A DNA stretch of 39,513 nt from Chiloscyllium plagiosum. Lineage: Eukaryota. The position numbers were made by a program, and so were the translations under genes. Below the pieces are notes generated by a model. The model made no database searches and was not told where the DNA came from. It worked only from the letters and a program-made list of their open reading frames with translations. Below, in pieces: positions 9,221 to 21,994 of the stretch; within the stretch, counting starts at the first letter, position 1, and each line of letters starts with the position of its first letter. The DNA is taken from contig NC_057719.1 of NCBI RefSeq assembly GCF_004010195.1, forward strand, positions 61,147,365 to 61,186,877, read 5' to 3'.

Positions 9221-11413
9221 CAGGTAGACAATCCTTTATCTGAAACTCCAAAATTCGAAAAGCTCTGAAATCCGAAGTTTTCTCATGGAGTGTGATGTGT
9301 CAGTCATGTCTGCATAACAAGGTTTATTTAGTGGGTGAAGTTCACACCCACTCGACCCACATGGCGGCATGGCCCAGCACTGGCAGGCGTCAATTGTGTA
9401 TTTTTTTTCAGTGTTTAATTGTTTAATTTCACTGTGAAAATGCCAAAAAGACCTGCAGGTACACCTATGCCTAACAATAATGAAAAGAAATGGAAGCATT
9501 TGACATTATCAATAATGCAGAAAGGGAGTTATTGCAGAAGCTTAATCGAGTTGTAACTGTGCGGCATCTCACTGAAGAATATAGTGTCGGAACTACCAAT
9601 GTATATGATTTGAAGAAACAGAAAGACAGGTTACTGAAGTTTTATGGTAACAGTGATAACCATAAATGAATGAAAAATAGAAAAACACTGCATAGGGCAA
9701 AAAAATGAAGATCTTAATCGTGCGCTGATGGAATGGATTTGACAACAATGAAGTGAATGTATGCCACTGACTGGTTTATTGGTCATGAAACAAGCTAGAA
9801 AATATCACAAAGAACTGAACATTAAAGGCGAATGTCAATATTCACAAGTTCAGCTGCAGAAATTTAAGAAGCATAATGGTGTAAAGTATCAGGAAATCTG
9901 TGGTGAAATGTCTTCTGCTGACCATGAAGCACCTGAAAATTGTACTGATGAATTTGCCAAGATAACATGTGAAAAAAGCCATAGTCTTGAACAAATTTAC
10001 AATGCTGATGAAACAGCTGTCCATTGGTGCTATGTCCCAAGAAAAGCATTAACAACAGCTGATGAAAAAGCACCAACAGGTTTTAAAGATAGTAAGGTCA
10101 GGTTAACTATTCATGGGTGTGCCAATGCTGCAGGCACACACAAGGTGAAATTGGCAGTGATTGGGAAAAGCAAGCATCCGAGATGTCTGAACAGTGTACA
10201 TAATTTATCTGTACATTATTATGCAAACAAGAAAGCATGGATAACCCGAGAAATTATTTTCAACTGGTTTAGTAACCACTTCGTACCAGTGGCACAAGCC
10301 CATTGCAGGCAAGCTGGACTGGAAGAAAACTGTAAAATTTTATTGTTCCTGGACAACTGTTCCGCACATCCCCCTGCTGAACTAATTACGAAAAGTAATG
10401 TTTTTGGCATTTACTTGCTCCTTAATGTGACATCTATATGACAGCCTTGTGACCAAGGAATTTTATGCTCCATGAAGAGCAAGTATAAAGACTATATTTT
10501 TAAATTTGCTCCAAGACTTCCTGAAAGAGTTTAGTGTTAAGGATGCCACTTACGCAGTTGTTAATACTTGGAAGAATATTGATAAATCAACATTGACAAA
10601 TACTTGGCACAGACTATGGCCTACAACGATGTTTCATGTAAATGAACCTACAGATGAAGACTTTGAAGGATTTTGTGTTACTGAAGAGAAAATGATGATA
10701 ACAAGCCTTGTAAGTTACGTACAAAGTTCATTGGACGAAAGCGTAAATAAATTACAGGAAGCTGACATCGAACAAGTGCTGAACATTGCTAATGATGCAC
10801 CTTTCGTGAATTTCTTGAGCGATGGGAAAATTGCTGAAATGGTTTTTAATACAGATAAGTATGAGGATAGTAGTGATGATGATGATGACTTAGTGAACAC
10901 AGTTGAAACAATTTCCATAGACAATATGGTGAAAATGTGTGATCATTTATATTGCTGGACTTGAACAATGTTCATTTATCAGTGAGCAAGAGATTATGGC
11001 AATTTACTCAATTAAAGAGAGATTGCTTAGACAGAAACCTATGTTAATGAGACACTTGAAAAAGTCTTTAAAAATGCCGTCTGCCAGAGTGCTGAAGCTG
11101 TGTATGTTTAAGCTGTACCTAATAATTTTCTTGGAATGTTTTTTCTGGAAATAAAATGTCCTTGAGTATTTATGGTCTGTGTATTTCATTTATTAATATA
11201 TTACGCTATAAATAAACTGTGGTAGTATTTCTAGTCTTTACTTATCCCACTTAGTGTGAATATTCATACGTTTTTGCTGCAGTATTGATGGTTGATTACG
11301 GGGTGCTGACCTGGACCCTACAGGGGGTGCTACATTTGTTCCAAAATCCGAAAAATTCTGAATTCCAAAAAACAGCTGGCCCCAACGATTTTGGATAAAG
11401 GATTGTCTACCTG
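9221..11413 (+). mobile_element. Full-length (2.19 kb) Tigger/pogo DNA transposon
   Basis: Perfect 20-bp TIRs CAGGTAGACAATCCTTTATC (9221-9240) and reverse complement (11394-11413); TA on the left (9219-9220), GA on the right (mutated TSD). Confidence 0.95.
9440..11090 (+). pseudogene. Tigger/Jerky-like pogo transposase pseudogene (CENP-B-type HTH plus DDD domain)
   Basis: Motifs IYNADETA, CANAAGTHK, NKKAWIT, LFLDNCSAHP and QPCDQG with DD32D spacing; in-frame stops (e.g. just before QPCD) and frameshifts. Confidence 0.9.
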
Positions 11414-11954
11414 GACTTCAAAATAGTTTTCATGTCCAAAATGAGTTCATTTACAATAAATTTCAGAAATTAAGATATTACAATCGAGATTACAATTTGC
11501 CATATCAGATATTTTTCAGCAGCTAAAGAAGGATGCAACAATCAGATGCCTAAACTGTGGGAAACCAGGGGGAACCAGGCCCTTGCTGAGCCCCATACAG
11601 ATGAGGGGCCTCTCACTCTGGTTATAAAAAGCCTACTGAATATGCAAAAGGTGATGGAGGATAATATGGCAGAGATTCCAGAAATTATGTACAGCTTTGC
11701 ACTGATTAAAGAGTAATCCATTGACACCATGAGTTCTGCCATGTTCCATTTGAGAACAAGGCTTCATCCATGGAGAGGATGATATGTGTCATGGAGAGCC
11801 AGGATAAGCGTTCAATCTAAATGTTCATTGAGCTGCATTCTATTGCTCAAGCCATGAGAAGTGCTTGGGTGTTCTTCCAAAAGCCCCTTCCCATCTGGGA
11901 GACAGGGAGGTGCATTTGCAAAATCAGATGGAAGAGGAGTGTATGCTAGTTGCC

Positions 11955-13500
11955 ATAAGAAATAGGAACAGGAATAGCTCATTTGACCCCTCACTTCAGC
12001 TTCGCCAATAGGATAATGTCTGATTTTACACTCCGCACAAATGTTTTTCTGCCTGTTCCCCCATGACCCTTCAGTCCCCGACTGATCAATGATCTATCTC
12101 AGTCTTATATATACAAATGGATTTGGCCACTACAGCTCTCTGTGGCAAGGAGTTCCAAAGACGTACAACTTTCTGAGAGAAGAAATTCCTCCCTTATCTC
12201 AGTTTTAAATTGGCACCCCTTTATTCGAAGACTATACCATGTAGACGTTGACTCTCCCACGAGGGGAACCATTCTCTCAGCATTTACCCTGTAAAGTCCC
12301 TTAAAAATCCGATATGTTTCAAACAGATTCACCTCTGATTGTTCTGAACTCCAGAAAGTAGAATCCCAACCTGTTTAGTCTTTGCTCAGAACACAATCCC
12401 TTCATCATGACAAAGAACATCCTAGTGAACCTTCTCTGAACTGCCTCCAATGAAACAATATCTTTCGTTAAGGGGACAAAAACTGCTCACAGTTATCCTG
12501 ATGTGGTTGCACCAGCACCTTGTATCATTGCAGTAAGAATTCCTTACTCTAACATTCCAAACCCTGTGAAATAGGGGTCAACACTCCATTGGCCTTCCTG
12601 ATTGCCTGCTGCCCCTGTGAGCTAGCCTTCTGTGCTTCATACACATGTACCATCACTTCCCTTTGCATTGCAGCTTTCTGTTGCTTTTCTCCATTTAAAT
12701 AATACTGTTCTTTTGTTTTCCCTTCCGAAACAAAAACTGCATCTTATCACATTATACTCCATTTCCCAACTCTTTTCACACTGATTTAATCTATCAATGT
12801 CTCTCTGTAAACTGTCTGTAACCCTTTCACAACTTACCTTTTCTACCTACTTTTGCCTTGTCTGCAGTCCATTTGCTTCCTTTCTCCAAATCAGTAATAT
12901 ATGTTGGAAACAGTTGCAGTCCCAACACTGACCCCTGTGGAACTCCATTGGTTACAAGTCACCAATCTGAAAAATAAACTCCATATCCCTACTCGCTATT
13001 TCCTGCCCATTCACCAATTCTCAATCCATGCACTATGTTACCTCCAACACTGTAGGCTCTTTTCTTAAGACTTAACCTTGTCAAACACCTTTATGGAAGC
13101 CTAAATACAACAAATTTACTGGTTCACCTCTATCCACTCTGGTTGAGGCTTTCTCAAAAAACTCTAATAAATCATTCAGACATGCTTTCCCTTTAAGGAA
13201 GTCATGTTGACTTTTCTTGATTAATTACGATTTTTCCACATGAGCTTTTACTTCCTTAATTTTTCCAACAATAAATGTTAGGCTAGTAAGCCTACAATCA
13301 ACTGCGTTTCTGTTTCCTTTTTCAATAAGAGTGTCACATTGACAGTTTTCCAATCTTTCAGAACATCTCTGGAATCCAAGGAGTTTTTTCAAAGTTAAGA
13401 TCAATGGATCCACTGTCTCTACAACTTTTAGGATCCTTCGATGCAAGCCATCAAGGTCAGGTGACTTACTTGCTTTTAGCCCCCATTAGTTGGTGTCATA
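11955..13500 (-). mobile_element. CR1-clade LINE, decayed ORF2 and 3'UTR
   Basis: ORF 12105-12332(-) NLFETYRIFKGLYRVNAERM...SLRIKG..FKTE; QGSVLG motif (cccaacactgacccctg) at ~12921; tail ccataagaaataggaacagga at ~11953. Confidence 0.85.
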
Positions 13501-13549
13501 CTACTTCTCTAATGATGAGGACTTAATTCCTATACCTTATTTTTAGTAC

Positions 13550-13620
13550 GAATGGGCTTATGCCCATTATGCCCTTCATCAGCTTATGCCCAAAACGTCA
13601 ACTCTCCTGCTCATCAGATG
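13550..13620. repeat. Remnant of the Penelope-like palindromic repeat
   Basis: gggcttatgccc...cccttcatcag cttatgcccaaaacgtcaactctcctgctc matches the 6303 and 7346 family. Confidence 0.6.
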
Positions 13621-13809
13621 TATGTATTAAAAGGGTCTGAAAAGGGTAGCACTGGAAAAGCACAAGTATGGTTACTGACCTTTGAATTTAAGTAAATTGA
13701 GCAATGGCACAAACATAGCTGACCTTGCCACCTGGCTCTCTTAATTTGTGAAGAAGTGGGTAAAATCATTGCCGCAACACAGTAGGACATCAGTCATCAA
13801 TTATATACC

Positions 13810-14005
13810 TATGTATGTCAGCCTGTATCCATCATGAGTTGGATGCTATAGCTGGAAGAGAAACGAAGTACCTCTGTGATCTTGAAAGCCACTGGCACGG
13901 ACATCCCACTAAATAAATGTCTCTCTGTGTCTTAATGAACAATCTGGCCTAACATGTTGCCTATTTCGCAGGACACACTCAAATGTTTCTGGCATCACCT
14001 CCTTA
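13810..14005 (-). mobile_element. Possible degraded PIF/Harbinger transposase fragment
   Basis: Minus strand reads SGMSVPVAFKITEVLRFSSSYSIQ, resembling the HARBI1-like motif PVAVKVT..LNF.ASGSFQ (from memory). Confidence 0.4.
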
Positions 14006-16419
14006 ACATCTACAATAAGCCTCTTCGTCTTTAGTGGATGCTGCTAGGCATCAGTGCCTGCCTTTGCTGATACTGTCCTGAATGTCCCTATAAAGCTGCC
14101 TGCTGTTAGATTACAAGAAGTTCTCTTTCTTTGTATCTATTTCTGCAGCTCTCGAGATTAAAGGAATTTAAGGTGTTTGGCACTAATGGTTATTTCAGCA
14201 TTTGTACTATACAAAAAGAACACAAAATAGACATAAAACCGTGTTCGTCCATGGTTCTCATCCATATAACTAATGTATGGAACGGACAATCAGGAGCCCA
14301 AGTCACGAACTTTGAGGTTTCAACCTCGATGGCAATAATAGCTGTCACATTGCTCCTCCCTCTCCCAAGCTCCCTGTTCTCATAGGTCTTCTCCATGCAT
14401 GTATTCACCACTTCCTTCGCTCTCACATCGGGGTCACGAAAAACCCAAAGCTCAAAATATGGTAACGAAATGGGAAAAAAGTTGACTAAGCAAACTTGGA
14501 AAGTAAGATGCGTGGTCAGTGTGTGACTGCAGCAGAGTAAGACAAATGCCGAGTGAGTTACTGACTATACTGTTAGAAATTTGGTTCAAGGTGGAAATTC
14601 AACTAGTAAATAAAGTCCAAGCTGAGTTTTCAGAGTTAAAGTCAGATTAGGCCAGCAGCTTTTAATTAAAGCATAATTAAATGAGGTAGTCGCCTGATCC
14701 TGCCTGTTAGAATTCCTTTATCTAAATGAGGTATTGATCACTGTCGGTAAATAAGTTCTCTGAACAGAGGTTCATAAAAAAGACAATTTTTTCACTTCAT
14801 AGTTAATGAGGAACATAGTCAGTGTGGAACTGCAACATAAGGAGGCAAAAGATCCTTGAGTTACTGGCCCGTTGGAAATTTGGTTCAAAGTTGAAATTCA
14901 GTGCAAAAGGGGACAGGGCTGCTTTAACTAGGGTTTATTGCAAGAAGTTAACTCAACAGATGAGAGGTAAGGTGGAAGGGATAAAAGGCACAGATTGAGG
15001 GGGTTACATACAGTGAGACCAGTGGCAGAGTGAAGTCACAAACCACTGTCTAATGTGAATGCAGGGAAAGAAGCTGATTGGTAAGTAGGACTGGTGCATA
15101 ATTCTGTCTTTCAAGTAAAAGTAAAGTATAAAATATTAATGAAGTATTCCCATTCTGCCTTTAAAATACTGCTTATGTATTAGATTGATACTGATGATAC
15201 TTTTTCTTTAGTTTATAAAAATGAAAAACAGATGGGTTTAAAAATCATCAGCATTTAAGGTACAAAAATGGCCTTTAGTAGAATGATGTGTTCTTCCTGT
15301 TGCAATTTAGGGAGAGTTTCCATGTTACCAATGATTATGTCTGCAGGAAATATCTTTGGTTGCGAATCCTATCAGATCACACAGGTCGGTTGGAGCAGCA
15401 GCTAGAGGCAATGAGGAATTTACAAGTGCTAGGGAGTGTGCAGTTATAGGAAGAGAGAAAAGCTGCAGATACAGTCATGTAGATGGGTTAAAACTCCAGG
15501 AAAGGTAGGAGGGGTAGGCAGGTAGTGCAGGAGTGATCTGTGGCTATCCCCATTTCAAACAAGTATGCTATTTTGGAAAATGTAGGGGGTGATGGACTTT
15601 CAGCGAATGTAGCACAAACAGCCACGACTTTGGTACTGAGAATGGTTCGAGTGTCATAAGGGGAAGTTGGGTTCCAAGCGATCCATTGTGATAGGGGCCT
15701 CTCTAGTCAGAAGCACAAACAGATGTTTCTGTGGCCGGCAGCAAAATACTAGAATGGTGTGTTGCCTCCCTGATGCCAGGATCAATGATATCTCGGAGAG
15801 GGTGCAGAAAGTTCTCAAAGGGGAAAGGGACCAGCAGGAGGTTGTTGTACACATTGGACCAAACAATAAAGTAAGGGAAAAGGATGAGATTCTGAAGTGA
15901 GAATAGTTAGACAGGAATTTAAAAAGGAGGTCCTTGAGGGTAGTAATATCTGGAGTACTCCCGGTCCGACGAGTTCGTGAGGGCAGGAATAGGAGGATAG
16001 AGCAGACTAATGTGTGACTGAAGATCTGGTGCAGGGGAGAAGGATTACCTTTTTGGTCATTGGAATCTCTTCTAGGGTAGAAGTGACCCGTACAAGAAGG
16101 ATGATCACATCTAAATTGGAAGGGGACTAATATACAGGCAGGGAGATTTGCTACAGCTGCTCGGGGGGTGGGGGGAGAGGTGAATTTAAACTATAAACGA
16201 TAAGATGGGTGGATGGGAAATAGTGAGGAAAGAGGTCAATTTAAGACTGGTACAGTTGGGAAAAGAAGCGAGTGAAACAGTCGGGGCATGCAAGAACAAA
16301 GCAAAGAACAAGGTAGGACTGATAAATTACACTGCATTTATTTCAATGCAAGTGGCCAAACAGGGAAGATGAACTCAGGGCGTGGTTAGGAACATAGGAC
16401 TGTGGTATCATAGCGATTA

Positions 16420-17602
16420 CAGAGGAACCTCGATTATCCAAATATCAATTATCTGATTTTCGGATTATCCGAAGGAGATTTCAAGATCCCGATAGAAACA
16501 TTACATCGTAGAGGTATTTCCAACACTGATTGTGTCTTTTGTTTACAATGATTAAAAACGAACCCAGCTTACTGAAATGCTGCTGAGAACAGTCCTGGAC
16601 ATCGATGGGAGCCCAGGCACCTTCTCCAACTGGCTGACCTCCTGCCCTCTCTCTCCCCCACACTTTCCCTGGAGTTCTACATAGGGGTGTACCCTAAACT
16701 CCCCCTTCCCCAGGTAATCTCTCCAACATTGCCTTGTACCGGGCAAAGGTGGAACTTGTCATGGCCGGCACGGTGGCACAATGGGCAGCACGGTGGCACA
16801 GTGGCACAATGGTTAGCACTGTTGCCTCACAGTGCCAGAGACCCGGGTTCAATTCCTGCCTCAGACGACTCTCCCCGTGTCTGCGTGGATTTCTTCCGGG
16901 TGCTCCGGTTTCCTCCCACAATCCAAAAAAAAAGTGCAGGTTAGGTGAATTGGCCATTATAAATTGCCCGTAGTGTCAGGTGAAGGGGTAAATGTAGGGG
17001 AATGGGTCTGGGCGGGTCAGTGTGGACATTTTGGGCTAAAGGGCCTGTTTCCACACTGTAAGTAATCGAAAACAAATCTAAAAAAAAAAGTTGCAGTAAA
17101 AAGTTGAGTGGATTGTGCGTGCCATTTGGAGACTCACTCCCCCCTGCCCCCCAAAGGCAACAGCAGTCTTACTGTTAGTGTCCAATCCAGCTGCCCTAGA
17201 GGTGGTGGTGGTGGGGGGGTTGGGTCAGACGGGGGTTGGATGGGAGGGGGGGGGTTGGACAGTGGTGGGGAATGGGGGCACGGGAGGTCAGGGTTGGGGG
17301 CAAAAAGGGGGTGGGAGCTCGCACACCTTGAATGGGGAGTGGACTTAGCAAGTGGTCGCTGTGTCGATCTCATTGAACTGATGGGGATGGGGGGTTCAGC
17401 AATGCTACAGGTCCCTTACACAAAAGTGTGTGTCTGCTCAGAAACTAATCCTGAGACAGAGAGACGGAGCAAGGCAGGCAGAGCGAGGAGAAAGGAAACT
17501 TCTGAGCCCCAGAGGAGAGGCATTGAATCAATTAACAGAATAATCAATTATCCAAACGAAATAGTGCCCGCCCCTCTTGTTTGGATAATCGAGGTTCCTT
17601 TG
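16420..17602. mobile_element. Non-autonomous Tc1/mariner-pogo-like MITE (1183 bp) inserted in CR1 ORF2
   Basis: 23-bp TIRs cagaggaacctcgattatccaaa / tttggataatcgaggttcctttg (22/23); TA TSD at 16418-16419 and 17603-17604; the CR1 sequence resumes across it; no transposase. Confidence 0.9.
16764..17090 (+). mobile_element. HE1/V-SINE-type tRNA-derived SINE inside the MITE
   Basis: A-box tggcacaatgg, B-box gggttcaattcc, core ctccggtttcctcccac, LINE-like 3' end gggcctgtttccacactgtaag; internal deletions relative to the 25983 copy. Confidence 0.9.
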
Positions 17603-19522
17603 TACATAAATGTGGTTCAGGGATGGACAGCAGTGGCAGCTTAATGTTTCAAGATACAAATGCTATGGGAGGGACAGAAAGGAGGGCAAGAGAGGAGGGG
17701 GAGTAGCATTTTTAATAAGGAATAGTGTTATGGCTGCATTTAGGGATGATATTCCTGGGAAATATATCCAGGGATGTTATTTGGGTGGAATTGAGAAATA
17801 GGAAAGAGATGATCACCCTATTGGGATTATTATTATAGACCCTCTAATAGACAGCAGAAAATTGAGAAACAAATTTGTAAGGAGATCTCAGTTATCTGTA
17901 AGAATAATAGGGTGGTTATGGTAGGGGATTTTAACTTTCCAAATATAGACTGGGACCGCTGTAGTGTTAAGGGTTTAGATGGAGAGGAATTTGTTAAACG
18001 TGTACAAGAAATTTTTCTGATTCAGTATATGGATGTACCTACTAGAGAAGGTGCAAAATTTGACCTACTCTAAGGAAATAAGGCAGAGCAGGTGACAGAG
18101 ATGTCAGTTGGGGGAGCACTTCGGGGCCAGCGACCATTATTCTATTAGTATTAAAATAGTGATGGAAAAGGATAGACCGGATCTAAAAGTTAAAGTCCTA
18201 AATTGGGGGAAGGCCAATTTTGATGGTATTAGGCAAGATCATTCAAAAGTTGTTTGGGAGGCAGATGTTCGCAGGTGAAGGGACAGCTGGAAAATGAGAA
18301 GCCTTCAAAAAAATGGGATAACAGGAGTCCAGAGACAGTATATTCCCGTTAGGGTGAAAGGCAAGGTTGGTAGGTGAAGGGAATGCTGGATGACTAGACA
18401 AATTGACGTTTAGTTTAAACAAAAAGGAAGCATATGTCAGGTTTAGACAGCAGAAATCAAGTGAGTCGTCAGAGTATAAAGGCAATAGGAACATACTTAA
18501 AAGAGAAATCAGGAGGTCAAGAAGGGAACATGAGATAGCTGTGATGAATAGGGTTAAGGAGAACCTGAAGGGATTTTATAAATATATTAAGGACAAAAGG
18601 GAGAGAATAGAGCCTCTCGATAAAATCACAAGTCAGCCTATGTGTGGAACCACAGGAGATGGGGGAGATACTAAACAAGTATTTTGCATCAGTGTTTACT
18701 GTGGAGAAGGACATGGAAGATACAGAATGTGCGGAAATAGATGGCGACATCTTGAAAATATCCATATTGCAAAGGAGGAGGTGCTGGATGTCTTATAATG
18801 CATAAAAGTGGATAAATCCCCAAGACCTGATAGGTGTACCATAGAACTCTGTGGGAAGCGAGGGAAGTGATTGCTGGGCCTTTTACTGAGATATTTGTAT
18901 CATCAATAATCACAGGTGAAGTGCCAGAAGATTTGACTTTGGCTAACGTGGTGCCACTATTTAAGAAAGGTGGGAAGAAAAAGCCAGGAAACTATAAACT
19001 GGGGAGCTTGACATCGGTGGTGGGAATGTTGGGAGAGGGAATCCTGAGGAACAGGGGTTGCATGCATTTGGAAAGGCAAGGACTGATTAAGGATGGTCAA
19101 CATGGCATTGTGTATGGGAAATCATGTCTCACAAACTTGATTGAGTTTTTTGAAGAAATAATGAAAAGGATTGATGAGGGAAGAGCAGTGGATGATCTAT
19201 GTGGACTTCAGTAAGGCGTTCGACAAGGTCCATCATAGTAGACTGGTCGGCAAGGTTAGATCTCATGGAATACAAGGAGAATTAGCCATTTGGATACAGA
19301 ACTGGCTTGAAGGTAGAAGACAGAGAGTGGTAGTGGAGGGTTGCTTTTCAGACTGGAAGCCTGTGACCAGTAGTGTACCAGAAGGATCAGTGCTTGGTCC
19401 ACTGCTTTTTATCATTTATATAAATGATTTGGATATGAACACAGGAGGTATAGTTAGTAAGTTTGCAGATGAAACTTACCAAAATTGGATATGCAGTGGA
19501 CAGCAAAGAAGGTTACCTCAAT

Positions 19523-19768
19523 GAGTCCACACCAATCCTCCAAAGAGTAACCCACCCAGACCCATTTACCCCTGACTAATGCACCTTATACTATGGGCAA
19601 TTTAGCATTGTTAATTCACCTAACCTGCACATCTTTTGGATTGTGGGAGAAAACTGGAGCACCCGGAGAAAACCCACGCAGACACGAAGAGAATGTGGAA
19701 ACTCCATACAGACAGTCACCCAAGGCTGGAATCGAACCCGGGTCCCAGGTGCTGTGAGGCAGCAGTGC
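19523..19768 (-). mobile_element. HE1/V-SINE-type SINE, antisense within CR1 ORF2
   Basis: Reverse complement gives agcactgctgcctcacagc...gggttcgattcc...ctccagttttctcccac. Confidence 0.9.
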
Positions 19769-21189
19769 TCTTGATCTTGATCAGATGGACCAAAGGGCTG
19801 AGGAGTAGCAGGTGGAGTTTAATTTAGATAAATGTGAGCTCTGCATTAAGGAAAGGCAAATCAGAGCAGGACTTATACACTTCATGATAAGGTCCTGAGG
19901 AGTGTTGCTGAACAAAGAGACCTTGGAGTGCAGGTTCATAGCTCCTTGAAAGTGGAGTCGCAGGTAGATAGGATAGTGAAGACGGCGTTTGTTATGCTTT
20001 CCTTTCTTAGACAGAGTATTGAGTATTGGAGTTGGGAAGTCATGTTGTGGTTGTACAGGATATTGGTTAGGCCACTTTTGGAATATTGAGTACAATTCTG
20101 GTCTGCCTCATATCAAAAGGACATTGTGAAACTTGAAAGGTTTCAGAAAAGATTTACAAGGATGTTGCCAGGGTTGGAGGATTTGAGCAACAGGAGAGGC
20201 TGAATGGGTTGGGGCTGTTTTCCCTGGAGCGTTGGAGGCCGAGGGGTGACCTTATAGAGGTTTATAAAATCTTGAGGGGCATGGATAGGATTAAATAGAC
20301 AAGGTCTTTTCCCTGAGGTAGGGGAGTCCAGAGAGGGCATAGGTTTAGGGTGAGAGGATTAAGATATCAAAGGGACCTAAGGGGCAACTTTTTCCACATA
20401 GAGGGTGGTGCATGTATGGAATGAGCTGACAAAAAAAGTGGTGGTGGCTGGTACAATTGCAACATTTAAAAGGCATCTGGACGGGTACATGAATAGGAAG
20501 AGTTTACAGTGATATGGGCCAAGTGCTGACACGTGGCACTAGATTAGGTTAGGATATCTAGTCGGCATGGACAAGTTGGACTGAAGGGTCTGTTTCCGTG
20601 CTGTACATCTCTATGACTCTATAACTCTATGTGCAGTATTAAAGCCACTATGCAAATGTCCCCACGTTGACTTACCTGGCCAAAGTCAAAGTAGACCTCC
20701 AATTTCTGCAGGAATGTGGGATATTGCACCTCGGCAGCTACAGGAAATGATTGATCTTCTGGGCTCATGGGCCACTAGTTTGATCAGGAGATCACAGTTG
20801 CCATCCCTGTGGCCTGGATATTCTGCTGTGAAGAGGAACTTCACCATCTCCATTGTTGAGATGGTCATGGGCAGGTTCCTCCTCCCAGCAGACATTAGGT
20901 ACAAAGGTGCTCCCAAGGCTAATGAATGTGTATGTCCCTTGGTAAAGAGTGAATGGTTGGCCTTCCTTCCGCAGCTACCGCTACAACCAGCAACATCCAG
21001 GCCAGTCATGCGATGCAGCTGGATATGAAAGGGCTAACAGCAAACTGGTGCCACATCCAGACTCCTAATGAAAAAGTTTAAAGATGCCAAGCTGCATATC
21101 AATTTCAGCACCCCTATATATGAAGTAAACATGGATATACCTGGTAAGATACACCCGAGGGGGCTATCCACAAAAGGTTAGATTTCCTG

Positions 21190-21312
21190 TTTGAGAGATG
21201 TACAGCATGGAAACAGACCCTTCTGTCCAACTCGTCCATGACAACCAGATATTCCAACCTAATCTAGCACCCGGCCCATATCCCTCCAAACCCTTCCTAT
21301 TCATATACAGGT
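21190..21312 (-). mobile_element. Short CR1 3'UTR fragment inside Tx1
   Basis: gagatgtacagcatggaaacagacccttctgtccaactcgtccatg is the near reverse complement of 20566-20611. Confidence 0.85.
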
Positions 21313-21994
21313 GTCCTAAATATTCTTGGTCAGATCCCACCAATGTCAAGCCAGTATTCTTCTCTGACCACAGCCTCCTGTTGGCAGATTGTCACCTACA
21401 GAATGACCAGTGGGCTGGCAAGGAAACATGAAAGCTGAATGTGAAACTGTTGACCTCAGAACACATTTAGCAACTCAAAAGGGAGTACACAGGTTGGAAA
21501 ACTGTGAAAGCCCTCTTTGAATCTCCAGCAGGATGGTAGGAAACAGTCAAGGGGAACATCAAGAGGATCTTTATCCTCAAAGATATTCAGAAGGTGAGAA
21601 AGATAGGGAAAATTTAACGAAACTCCAGAAAAGTATGCAGAACCTACTCCTGCTGCAGACAATAGAGGTTGATGTCAAGGAGGATATATGGGAGATAGAA
21701 AGCCCGAAAGCCTTGTTCTTTGCCTGAGAGTCCTCCAATATAATCTTCCAGTCGAGGGTCCATTCTGTGGATGAGACATGCTCACATTTCTTAACGTGAA
21801 AGGGAGTGCCCTGTGATCAGCAGCTTGAAAGAAGATGATAGCTCAGGAACATAATTTTGAGGTTCAATAAATCCTTTTATGTCAGATTGTGTGACATGAA
21901 GCCCACAGAAAGCACAATATTTCAGTCATTCCTGTCCTAAATCACGGAGGTCTTAGACAACCGCATGTGGAAAAGGTTGGATGAGATAACCAAG

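Larger units (their letters stand above)
14440..20627 (+). mobile_element. Near full-length decayed CR1/HER1-like LINE (5'UTR, ORF1, ORF2, 3'UTR) with nested insertions
   Basis: ORF1 from ~15268 (MAFSRMMCSSC), SGNH-esterase-like SIVIGASLVR...VCCLPDARI...VVVHIGPN; ORF2 APE (YFNA ~16338, GDFNFPNIDW ~17925, SDH ~18130) and RT ([39 protein letters not shown]); tail ctctatgactctataactct. 5' boundary approximate. Confidence 0.9.

Noticed and set aside
9761..10964. Transposase ORFs as a domesticated JRK/JRKL/TIGD gene
   Set aside because: Both TIRs are intact while the coding sequence has stops (including just before the third catalytic D) and frameshifts, as expected for a dead transposon.
11540..11950. 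Repeat-like stretch between the Tigger and the CR1
   Set aside because: Could be an old DNA-transposon fragment, but I found no motif or terminus to support a call.
14159..14207. Alternative minus-strand acceptor gttctttttgtatag giving FTNAEITISAKHLKFL*
   Set aside because: Short, stops quickly in all frames and has no other support.
17108..17644. Gly-rich 178-aa ORF and Pro-rich antisense ORFs
   Set aside because: They arise from G-run low-complexity sequence inside the MITE.
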